NCBI GenBank assembly: GCA_964602665.1
Contig: CAZRRH010000001.1
Coordinates: forward strand, 72,414-136,413
DNA length: 64,000 bases
From: an uncultured Candidatus Saccharibacteria bacterium
GTDB lineage: Bacteria; Patescibacteriota; Dojkabacteria; SC72; WJKH01
Direction: 5' to 3'
Shown: positions 29,076 to 37,827 of the stretch, piece by piece
How the letters are laid out: each line of letters opens with the position of its first letter
Numbering within the stretch: position 1 is the stretch's first letter
Translations under genes and position numbers: made by a program
The notes under the pieces: model-generated
Database searches by the model: none
What the model saw: the letters and a program-made list of their open reading frames with translations, nothing else
Told to the model about the DNA's origin: nothing

Positions 29076-29117
29076 GTACTAATACACTATTATACCATTC
29101 TAGGCAATATTTGTCAA
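29076..29117 (-). promoter_or_regulatory. sigma70 promoter of yerC overlapping a trp-operator-like site
   Basis: Minus strand TTGACA (29117-29112), 17 bp, TATAAT (29094-29089); plus strand GTACTAATACACTATTAT (29076-93). Confidence 0.7.
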
Positions 29118-29153
29118 CTGGACATTTTTATTGAAATCTAATATTATATAAAT

Positions 29154-29882
29154 ATGTCAATAATCAAAATAGATGATTTTAAAACGGTTGATGAAAATAT
29201 TAAAACACTCCTAATTGATGGAGAAAAAATTATTAACAAATATGACCTGATATGTTTAGATACATTTCTTGCTAGCCGAGAATTAATACGAGTATATCTG
29301 ACTAGCAGGCAAATCATGCTTGTTAATTCCTCAACGATAGAGACTCTCCCGTTTGACTCTTTTGATATAGAATATGTTGGGGATCAGCCAAAATTTAATA
29401 AGATAAGTGACTTTTTGACTGGAGTTATAGACATCTTTTTTACACCAGAAAAGCTTCAAAGCTATAATGAGAAAAAAGCTTTGGGGACATTTTCAATTAC
29501 AAGAAAAAACAGAGTTCCGATGGATTATGTTTTGGTTAAATCAAGAAAAACGGCGGAAATTTATCAATCATGGGCTCTTTTTAGAATTATATATTTGTTA
29601 AAGAATGGTAGATATGGAGATGGCGAAGCATTAATATTAAATGAGATGATTACAGGAGATTTTGGTAAAATAGATATTAAATTTATAAGGAATTTTGGAA
29701 TTGCATTTGTCACATATGTATTGGCGAGGGTTGTAATTATGAGCGTTACAGATCTCCTTTGGATATTTACAATACTTGACTTTATTGCTTACTTTGGGGT
29801 AGTATATCTTGCTTACTGGGTATACAAAATACAGAAATCTAATAACGAAAGATTTAGCAAATATTTTGAGTCAACAAAGTAG
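29154..29882 (+). CDS. Hypothetical protein with two C-terminal TM helices
   Basis: 242-aa ORF with hydrophobic C-terminal hairpin; no recognisable motif. Confidence 0.6.
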   Translation: MSIIKIDDFKTVDENIKTLLIDGEKIINKYDLICLDTFLASRELIRVYLTSRQIMLVNSSTIETLPFDSFDIEYVGDQPKFNKISDFLTGVIDIFFTPEKLQSYNEKKALGTFSITRKNRVPMDYVLVKSRKTAEIYQSWALFRIIYLLKNGRYGDGEALILNEMITGDFGKIDIKFIRNFGIAFVTYVLARVVIMSVTDLLWIFTILDFIAYFGVVYLAYWVYKIQKSNNERFSKYFESTK

Positions 29883-29918
29883 TTACTTTTTGCATAGTTT
29901 TTCGTAATAAATAATCAT

Positions 29919-32900
29919 ATGAAATACAAAATTAATTATTCCTCAAAAAACAAGTATAATAGCAGGATTTATAACAAAAGAAATCCTTTTTCTGCCAGAA
30001 GTTTTAAAGTTAACAATATGCTTAATAAAAAGACTAGGTATGGTCAGCGAAAAAAAGGTCGACTAGATAAAAGTAAATTTCGCAAAAAATTCTCAAAGTT
30101 TATTAGCACAGTGATAGGTATTGGATTTTTCCTGTTTGTTATTTTCTTAATATGGGTGGGATCTTTTTTGCAAGAAGTTAATAATTCTTTGCCAGAACCG
30201 GGTAAATTAATAGAAAGGCGACAGGTTGAGAGTAGCATTATATATGATAGAAACGGAGAAGAGCTTTACAAGATAAACGACGGAAAACAGAATCGTATAT
30301 ATACAAAACTTGAGGATTATCCCCCACATTTAGTAGTTGCTGTTTTAGCAGCTGAAGATAAAGATTTTTACGAGCACAAAGGACTCGACTGGTTTGGTAT
30401 TATGAGATGCTCATATTTAAGCGCAAGATACTATGTGACCAAAAAAGGCTCTGTTTGTGGTGCTAGTACAATATCCCAGCAAATTGTAAGAAATACACTA
30501 ATGTTTGATGCTTTTGGCGATAAGGCCTATGACAGGTCGACTTTTCTATCAACGGCGGAAAGAAAAGTAAGAGAAATGCTTATGACAATGCAGGTAGAAA
30601 AGACGCTCTCAAAAGAGGAGTTGTTAGAGATGTATATGAATGAGGTTAATCTAGGAGGTATGAATTACGGATTTGAGGCGGGATCACAGGCAATTTTTGG
30701 TAAAAGCGCAAAAGAGTTGACAATTGAAGAGTCAGCTTTACTTGCAGGTATAATTAGAAGTCCAAGTGCATATAATCCAATAATTGGTTCTACTCCAGAG
30801 ATGGCAGTTGTAAATAAAGATAGAGTTTTAGACTTAATGCTAAAACATAAAGATAATTTTACTAAACATGTGGATCTTGGAGAATTAGAAATAACTTCTG
30901 AACTAATAGAAGAAGCTAAAACTAAAGAGATTGCATATAATCCTGGCAGAATGAACATAAAAGCACCTCATTTCGTTTTTTATGTCAAAGATGAACTGGT
31001 AAAAATGTACGATCTGGAGACAGTCGAAAGAGGCGGTCTTCGCATTTATACAACACTTGATTATGAAGCTCAAAAAATCGCAGAAGATACACTTAAACGA
31101 GGAATTGAGCAGAAAGGAAAAAGACACAATGTCAATAATGGGGCTATGGTGGCGATAAATCCACCAACAGGAGAGATTATAACTATGGTAGGATCTGTAG
31201 ATTACTGGAATACAACAGACAAGAGGGTTGATGGTAATGTCAATGTTACAACAGCACTTAGACAGATGGGCTCTTCTTTTAAGCCATTTACTTACCTTAC
31301 TGCGATAACGCAAGGCTATTCTACGGGAATGCCTGCTCACGATATCGAAGACTATAAATTTGGAGCTTATAGGCCAAGTAACTGGGATTACAGGTTTAAT
31401 GGACCTATGCTTATGAGAGAAGCTCTTGTAAAATCAAGAAATATTTCAGCGGTATCGGCAATTCAGCTTGTAGGAATAGATCAAACAATACAGGTCGCAG
31501 AAAGACTTGGTATAACAACTCTCACAGATAAGAGTAAATATGGACTCAGTTTGACGCTAGGTGCCGCAGAAGAGAAACTGCTTGAGCATACTTATGCTTT
31601 TTCCGTATTTGCTATGGAAGGGAGAAAGGCTCCTCTTACATCAATTCTAAAAGTTGAGGATTCAAGAGGCAAAGTTATATATGAAAAACCCGCAGTTGAG
31701 GCAGACAGAGTTTTTGATGAGAAAGAGATTTACTTGCTTAACTGGATAATGTGTGATGCAGGAGGCTTTGGAGATCAACTTGGAAATAGTGTGTTTATTA
31801 ATAAGGGTAAAAGATTTGCCTGTGGCAAGGGTGGTACGACAAATGGTCCAAAAGATTTAACTGGATTTATGTATCATAAAAATCTTGCTGTAGGTATTTG
31901 GGTAGGAAATAATAATAATGAGATTTTCCCTGGGGCTTTCTCTTCAACGGTTCCCCTTCCAATTGCAAGCGAATTTATGAAAAACTCAACAATTCTTGCT
32001 AAATACCCAAGTGCGCTTTTTAATCGTCCCGCGGGAGTGGTAACAGGTACAGCATGTAGAGATACTGGTCTTCTTGCTGCTCCAGAGAACCCATGTCCAA
32101 AAGATACAATTGTTTATATACAAGGAAAAGCGCCCGCTTATGATCCAAGAAAAGTCGTAACAGTTTGTAAATCAAATGGTTTAATTCCGACTAATCTTGA
32201 ACTTGCTCGAAAATATGATCTGACTGTTGATAGACAAGTTTTTGAGAATTTTACATTTGTGAGTCCAAATCAAGACGGCGCATTTAAAAGCTATTTTTCG
32301 AGAGATCCTTACAATTATCTTTTTGCGATGCCAGGGGCTGGGGAATGCGCATTGCCAGAAGGAGTGAGTAATCTTATAATAGAAATAACAAAGCCTAGTA
32401 ACGGATCAGCATATGATAGCGGTGGTAAGGTAAATTTTGAGTCATATGCACTTGCAACTGGTGGTGTAAATTATGTCGAATATAGATTTGGAGGAAGCGC
32501 AATAAGTAGCAGAATAAGTACGACTCCCTACTCTTTTGAATGGACAATTCCTGCCTCGTTATCAACGGGAACTTATACTGTAACAGCGAGAATGGTAAGT
32601 AATACCGGTGAACAGAAAGAAAGTACTGTATCACTTAACATTACAAATCCAACTCCGACTCCGGTTATAACAATAACAACACCTGCTAGTGGTACGTCTA
32701 AATCTATTGCAACAGGATTCCCTATAAATATAACGGCTAGTATGGCGCCTGCGTCGTCAACAATAACCGCTATGACATTTACAATAACTGGAACTGACCC
32801 TGCAAACAGTTCGTATACTAAGACGATTGTTGATAGTAATAGTGCTGATGGATGGTCTGTAAATTGGGCAAAAGATGTTTCAGTTGTTGTCGGCAATTAC

Positions 32901-32963
32901 AGAATAAGAGCGACAGCTTCAACAGCTACTGAATCGTCAGTTAACATTATACTAACAGAGTAA
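29919..32963 (+). CDS. Class A penicillin-binding protein with C-terminal Ig-like domains
   Basis: GT51 motifs EDKDFYEH, GASTISQQ, RKVRE; transpeptidase SSFK, SRN, KGG; Thr-rich beta-sandwich tail. Confidence 0.93.
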   Translation: MKYKINYSSKNKYNSRIYNKRNPFSARSFKVNNMLNKKTRYGQRKKGRLDKSKFRKKFSKFISTVIGIGFFLFVIFLIWVGSFLQEVNNSLPEPGKLIERRQVESSIIYDRNGEELYKINDGKQNRIYTKLEDYPPHLVVAVLAAEDKDFYEHKGLDWFGIMRCSYLSARYYVTKKGSVCGASTISQQIVRNTLMFDAFGDKAYDRSTFLSTAERKVREMLMTMQVEKTLSKEELLEMYMNEVNLGGMNYGFEAGSQAIFGKSAKELTIEESALLAGIIRSPSAYNPIIGSTPEMAVVNKDRVLDLMLKHKDNFTKHVDLGELEITSELIEEAKTKEIAYNPGRMNIKAPHFVFYVKDELVKMYDLETVERGGLRIYTTLDYEAQKIAEDTLKRGIEQKGKRHNVNNGAMVAINPPTGEIITMVGSVDYWNTTDKRVDGNVNVTTALRQMGSSFKPFTYLTAITQGYSTGMPAHDIEDYKFGAYRPSNWDYRFNGPMLMREALVKSRNISAVSAIQLVGIDQTIQVAERLGITTLTDKSKYGLSLTLGAAEEKLLEHTYAFSVFAMEGRKAPLTSILKVEDSRGKVIYEKPAVEADRVFDEKEIYLLNWIMCDAGGFGDQLGNSVFINKGKRFACGKGGTTNGPKDLTGFMYHKNLAVGIWVGNNNNEIFPGAFSSTVPLPIASEFMKNSTILAKYPSALFNRPAGVVTGTACRDTGLLAAPENPCPKDTIVYIQGKAPAYDPRKVVTVCKSNGLIPTNLELARKYDLTVDRQVFENFTFVSPNQDGAFKSYFSRDPYNYLFAMPGAGECALPEGVSNLIIEITKPSNGSAYDSGGKVNFESYALATGGVNYVEYRFGGSAISSRISTTPYSFEWTIPASLSTGTYTVTARMVSNTGEQKESTVSLNITNPTPTPVITITTPASGTSKSIATGFPINITASMAPASSTITAMTFTITGTDPANSSYTKTIVDSNSADGWSVNWAKDVSVVVGNYRIRATASTATESSVNIILTE

Positions 32964-32967
32964 ATCA

Positions 32968-33963
32968 ATGAAAAAAGTCCTCGTTTTGACAATGTTTCTT
33001 TTTGTTTTGTTAGTGGCCTTTTTTTTAATTGCAAGGTCTGATTATAATAACAACCTTGATCAAGAAAAAATATTTGTTAGTCAAGAGATTAAATTTGAAG
33101 TAGCAACAGGTGAAAGTTCAAAGTCAGTAATAAACAGCTTATTGGACAAGGGTGTTTTGTCAAAAAAACAGTATTATTATTTTCTCGCTTATCTTAAATT
33201 AAATGACTTAAGCTCTACGATTCAAGCGGGTAAATATAATATTAATGGTAGCTATTCTATCAAGTCTCTTTTAGCTTTACTTCAAAATGGCAAAGGAGAG
33301 CAGGTCTGGATAACGATAATGGAAGGACTGCGCAAAGATGAAATAGCTCAAACGCTAGCAGACCAACTTAAAGATACAAAAGTAAGTTTTTCAAAAGAGG
33401 CGTTCTTGGAAGCGACGAACGACGCCGATTTTATAGCAACTTTAAACTTAGAGAACGGTGTAAGCGATCTTGAGGGATTTCTTTTTCCTGATACTTACTT
33501 AATACCCGCAGACTGCGATGAGAAGTATATAATAAAACTTCTAATTGATACTTTTAAGAGCAAAGTCGGCACAATAACATACGAGGAGCTAATAATTGCG
33601 AGTATGGTTGAGAGAGAGGGAAATAATGAAACAGATAGGCCTATCATAGCTGGCATAATAAAAAAAAGATTAGCTGAAAATTGGTTTCTTAATATTGATG
33701 CAACGCTTTTATACGCTAAGAAAGACTGGAAGTATATCTTGATAAATAAAGATCTTGCGGAGAATAATGAATATAATACATATGCAAATAAAGGCCTTCC
33801 CCCTACTCCGATTTGTAATCCATCTCTCGAATCAATAAATAGTACTAGAGTTGACAAAGAAACAGAATACTACTATTATATCCACGGCAATGATGGTGTG
33901 GCGTATTATGCAAAAACGCTTACAGAGCATAACAATAATATAACGAAATATCTTAAGAAATGA
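32968..33963 (+). CDS. mltG: Endolytic transglycosylase MltG
   Basis: IQAGKY, EGLR, LEGFLFPDTY, ASMVERE, YNTY...GLPPTPICNP. Confidence 0.93.
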   Translation: MKKVLVLTMFLFVLLVAFFLIARSDYNNNLDQEKIFVSQEIKFEVATGESSKSVINSLLDKGVLSKKQYYYFLAYLKLNDLSSTIQAGKYNINGSYSIKSLLALLQNGKGEQVWITIMEGLRKDEIAQTLADQLKDTKVSFSKEAFLEATNDADFIATLNLENGVSDLEGFLFPDTYLIPADCDEKYIIKLLIDTFKSKVGTITYEELIIASMVEREGNNETDRPIIAGIIKKRLAENWFLNIDATLLYAKKDWKYILINKDLAENNEYNTYANKGLPPTPICNPSLESINSTRVDKETEYYYYIHGNDGVAYYAKTLTEHNNNITKYLKK

Positions 33964-35414
33964 CAAAGGTGAAATTAACAAAAATAGGTGTTCTTGTATT
34001 TTCCTTTCTTATTACATTTTCATTAATATTTTTGTTTTTCTTTGTCTCCAATAAGATGAAAGCAATGGGCTTATCTGTATCTTTGCCAGAAATGGTTAAA
34101 TTCACTATAGAGAACCGCAAAGCCTTGATAGGAGGGGAGGATTTACAAGAGAATGTTCCTGGACAAGAGCCAGAAGTAGAAAAAGTTAAAGAAATTCCAC
34201 AGCTGAAAAAAGATAGTACGGGTAAGTATACCAACTTTCTTATTGTCGGCTTTGACACAAGAGGAGAAAATAGTGGTCTTAGAAATACAGACAGTATAAT
34301 TGTCGCAAATTATAATCATGAAACAAACCACATTGTTTTAATTTCTATCCCAAGAGATGTTTATGGAGTGATAACTATCCCAAATAGTTCTTCTGTATAT
34401 TACAATAAAATAAACGCAGCATATTCGTATGGAGAAAACAGGCAGGCAGGACTAGGTATGGAGACTCTAAAACTTACAGTAGAAAAGACAATTGGGCAAG
34501 AAATTCAGTATACTGTCTCTATAAACTATGTTGCTTTTGAGGAGATAATAAACTTACTTGGCGGAGTCGAAGTAAATGTTGAAAATTCTTTTGTAGATTA
34601 TCATTATCCTGGACCAACAAGTTATATAACCGTAAGATTTGATCAGGGCTTACAGACTATGGATGGGGAAAAGGCGCTTCAATATGCAAGATCTCGTAAA
34701 TCAATGCAAAATGGTGAAGGTTCTGACTTTGCAAGAGCAAGAAGACAGCAAAGACTTATCGAGGCAGTAAAAAACAAGGCCTTGCAAACAGATTTGTTTA
34801 ATTCTCCGACTAAAATTGTGTCTTTACTTGATACGCTAAGTAAAAACATCTGGTTATCTGATTATACACTTGATGACTTAGAGGCGGCATTGGCATTGAA
34901 AGATAAAATTGCAGCGGCCGAAGTAAGTAACTTTGTACTTGATCCTACAATTGGAAACTACTCAATATTGACAACAGGTGTGGGCACAGGATATACAATA
35001 GGACCTAAAAAAGGAACCAAAAATTATTCTGATGTTCATGCGTTTGTTGCTAAAGCAATCCAGTATCCAGAGCTTTATAGTAATCCGCCTAAAATATATA
35101 CTTATGATACTGGTATAGGAGTAACAGAAGCAAAAGCTACCACTGAAAGATTAAAAGCTGAATTCCCGTTTATTGATATAAGGTATTGGGGCTTATTACA
35201 TGTAAATACTGATGGAATAGTTACTTTTAGAAATATCGAAGATTACAACGAAAACGCTTTTAATTATGTCGCAAAATTCCTTGGCGAAGATGTAGGGACA
35301 GTTCGTCCAGAAGGATTACCTGCTCTCAGAGGTGAACACATAGTTGTTTTAGTCGGTAAAAAAGCTGAAGTGGTACAGGAGACAAATTTAGAGAGTAGCA
35401 CACAAAGCGATTAA
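33960..35414 (+). CDS. LCP (LytR/CpsA/Psr) family glycopolymer ligase
   Basis: GFDTR, TDSIIV, SIPRD, KINAAY, ALQYARSR, SDFARARRQQ. Confidence 0.93.
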   Translation: MTKVKLTKIGVLVFSFLITFSLIFLFFFVSNKMKAMGLSVSLPEMVKFTIENRKALIGGEDLQENVPGQEPEVEKVKEIPQLKKDSTGKYTNFLIVGFDTRGENSGLRNTDSIIVANYNHETNHIVLISIPRDVYGVITIPNSSSVYYNKINAAYSYGENRQAGLGMETLKLTVEKTIGQEIQYTVSINYVAFEEIINLLGGVEVNVENSFVDYHYPGPTSYITVRFDQGLQTMDGEKALQYARSRKSMQNGEGSDFARARRQQRLIEAVKNKALQTDLFNSPTKIVSLLDTLSKNIWLSDYTLDDLEAALALKDKIAAAEVSNFVLDPTIGNYSILTTGVGTGYTIGPKKGTKNYSDVHAFVAKAIQYPELYSNPPKIYTYDTGIGVTEAKATTERLKAEFPFIDIRYWGLLHVNTDGIVTFRNIEDYNENAFNYVAKFLGEDVGTVRPEGLPALRGEHIVVLVGKKAEVVQETNLESSTQSD

Positions 35415-35759
35415 ATAATCTAATATTGATTCATTTAATCGCTTCCCTTTCTTTGAAAAGTCGATAAGGGTAGAATTTTTTGGAGGATTTTGGACTGATT
35501 TGTCTGCGATAATTTTTGTTGCATTAATATTTGCTTGATCAACTAACAAAACAGCAATGTCTGCGAATTCAATAAAGGGAGAGCTTTTTGGATTGTTGGA
35601 GGCGGTTATTTCTGTGTTTGCTTTGCCACCTCTTGTTACTGCGTCATAATCTGAACGAATAGTAACAGATTTATACCCTTGCTTTACAAAAAACTTGCCT
35701 AATTGTTTTCCAAGCCAAATAACCCCCTGCCCTCCTTTTCCGTATACTTTTATTTTCAT
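35388..35759 (-). CDS. 2-oxoacid:acceptor oxidoreductase gamma subunit (short)
   Basis: GKGGQGV, Y...RGG; 123 aa; follows the beta subunit gene. Confidence 0.8.
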   Translation of the reverse strand: MKIKVYGKGGQGVIWLGKQLGKFFVKQGYKSVTIRSDYDAVTRGGKANTEITASNNPKSSPFIEFADIAVLLVDQANINATKIIADKSVQNPPKNSTLIDFSKKGKRLNESILDYLIALCATL

Positions 35760-36421
35760 TTGTAATCAATTATTAATTTAGGTGGATCAGCCTTCATTTT
35801 GACAAGCATTGTCGCAGGAGAAGGTTCGCCCTGTAACCTTCCATAATTAGTATGACAAATTGAATATATTTCAACAAAGGAAAATCCTTCGTGATCAAGA
35901 GATTTCTTTACAGCATTTCTCATGTGAGCGCTGTCGATTATTGCAGTACTGGCATAAAAGTATCGATTATTTCCTTGAAGCATAGAGTGGACATTTATTG
36001 GCTGTATTAGATTGCCATCTTGTGTAGTTTTAGTTATTGCTCCTAATGGCGTAGTTGGGGCAAGCTGTCCCCCTGTCATACCATAAGTTTTGTTATGATT
36101 ACAAAACACATGAATCTGAGTATCGCGTCTAGCTGCGTGAATCAGATGTGAAACGCCAATTCCTAAAAGATCTCCGTCCCCTGAAATCACGACAACATTT
36201 AAACTTGGATTTGCAATTTTTATGCCTTGAGCAACCGGAATAGCTCTTCCGTGTGTTGTGTGTACTCCATCAAACTCAAAATATCCAGAAATTCTTCCTG
36301 TACACCCTATCCCTGATACTATCACAGTATTTTTGCGAGTCCAGCCTCTTGAGACAAATTCATCTTCAATGATCTTGTGTATCAAGTACAGTCCACATCC
36401 ATCGCACCAGACTTTCTCCAT
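35756..36421 (-). CDS. 2-oxoacid:ferredoxin oxidoreductase beta subunit (TPP-binding)
   Basis: WCDGCG, SGIGC, HGRA, GDGD, YGMTGGQ. Confidence 0.92.
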   Translation of the reverse strand: MEKVWCDGCGLYLIHKIIEDEFVSRGWTRKNTVIVSGIGCTGRISGYFEFDGVHTTHGRAIPVAQGIKIANPSLNVVVISGDGDLLGIGVSHLIHAARRDTQIHVFCNHNKTYGMTGGQLAPTTPLGAITKTTQDGNLIQPINVHSMLQGNNRYFYASTAIIDSAHMRNAVKKSLDHEGFSFVEIYSICHTNYGRLQGEPSPATMLVKMKADPPKLIIDYK

Positions 36422-36449
36422 TTTAAATGCGGTTTAAAATAAATTAAAT

Positions 36450-37472
36450 TCAGCTTTCAAAAATTTTAATAGTTGTGACATCACTAATTGATATATATTT
36501 TACATCAATTAAAAACTTCTCTCTAAGAGCTTTGCAATACTGACCATCGCTCATTTCCAAGACTGTTACTTTCGAGTAATTTTTAAGAACAGTCCCTATC
36601 GATTTAGGAATCGGGAAAATCTGTTTGGGCCTAAGAAGGGCGTATTTTTCACTGTTCTTATCAATAAATTCGTATAATGCCCTAGAGACACAGCCGTAGC
36701 TTATCAAAAGCTCTTTTGCTGATTTGTTACCGTATAGTTCGTAGGAATCTTTTATTTCGACGTTGTTAAATTTGTTAATTTTTGCGTTTATCCATTTGTC
36801 ATATACATCCCAATCTTTTGTTTTTGGCTCATTTGAGTCGCTTACAAGACCTGTAAATAATTTCTTATCACCGCTTGTTAGTGGTATAAAAGAGTTTAAT
36901 ATAGACGGTTTGACTGGTTTTATTTCTGTAAGCTCAATAAGGGAAGAAATAATTGCATCCATTAGAATAATTATTGGCGTTTTATATTTTTTTGCCAGTT
37001 CAAATGCTTGGATAGTTAACAAGTAGCACTCTTGTGAACTATTTGGGGCCAGTACGATTGATTTGTAGTCTCCATGAGTACCATATTGAGTCTGCAGAAG
37101 ATCACCTTGCCCTGGCATTGTTGGCATCCCAGTCGAAGGACCTCTTCGTTGAGAATTTATCACTACAAGGGGAATTTCATATACAAAAGCCAATCCTAAA
37201 CCCTCTTGCATTAGAGAAAATCCCGGGCCAGAAGTTGCTGTAAAAGCTAATTGTCCAGTTAATGCAGCGCCTATGCACATATGAATAGCAGTTATCTCAT
37301 CTTCTGCTTGAACAAAATGAAGTTTTTTAGAGCTAGATTGATCTGCAAATAATGACCACTCTTCCATTATTTCAGAAGATGGAGTTATTGGGTATCCGGC
37401 AAAAAATGTTGCTTTGGCTTGTAAAGCTCCTTGAACAACAGCGCTGTTCCCGCTTATTAGCTTTTTTGACAT
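36450..37472 (-). CDS. 2-oxoacid:ferredoxin oxidoreductase alpha subunit
   Basis: AGYPITPSSEI, QAEDE, ATSGPGFSLMQE, QRRGPSTGMPT. Confidence 0.93.
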   Translation of the reverse strand: MSKKLISGNSAVVQGALQAKATFFAGYPITPSSEIMEEWSLFADQSSSKKLHFVQAEDEITAIHMCIGAALTGQLAFTATSGPGFSLMQEGLGLAFVYEIPLVVINSQRRGPSTGMPTMPGQGDLLQTQYGTHGDYKSIVLAPNSSQECYLLTIQAFELAKKYKTPIIILMDAIISSLIELTEIKPVKPSILNSFIPLTSGDKKLFTGLVSDSNEPKTKDWDVYDKWINAKINKFNNVEIKDSYELYGNKSAKELLISYGCVSRALYEFIDKNSEKYALLRPKQIFPIPKSIGTVLKNYSKVTVLEMSDGQYCKALREKFLIDVKYISISDVTTIKIFES

Positions 37473-37542
37473 AATTTGTTAATTAAATAGTTGAAGTAAT
37501 TATAGGCTAGCGATCTTTTTTTTGCAAGGTTGTATGTATAAC

Positions 37543-37660
37543 CGGAGAGGACAGGATTCGAACCTGTGGTCCCGCCATTAGGAGTTTTGCTCTGCAAAAC
37601 TTTTAACGGCGGGACATCGCTTTTCGAGAGCGACGCATTTGACCACTCTGCCACCTCTCC
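37543..37660 (-). tRNA. tRNA-Ser(CGA) with an abnormally long variable region (118 nt, CCA not encoded)
   Basis: Acceptor GGAGAGG/CCTCTCC+G; anticodon arm TCGCT-CTCGAAA-AGCGA; T arm ACAGG-TTCGAAT-CCTGT; 49-nt variable region. Confidence 0.88.
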
Positions 37661-37669
37661 ATTTTTATC

Positions 37670-37702
37670 AATTTTAAATTCTAAATTTTAAATTCTAAAT
37701 CA
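37670..37702. repeat. AT-rich heptamer tandem repeat TT(T/C)TAAA x4
   Basis: ttttaaa ttctaaa ttttaaa ttctaaa just upstream of the tRNA-Ser(CGA) 5' end. Confidence 0.55.
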
Positions 37703-37827
37703 ATAATAAATATCTTTTACTTTATTTTAAGAGAATTCAAAAGATAGAATTGATCTAATTATACCATAACTAAGCTGTAAATGAATATATTGCTATTTTC
37801 ATTTGCAGTTGCTATACTTGGATTAAA

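Noticed and set aside
37457-37654. 65-aa ORF 'MAEWSNASLSKS...'
   Set aside because: It is a translation of the tRNA-Ser(CGA) gene
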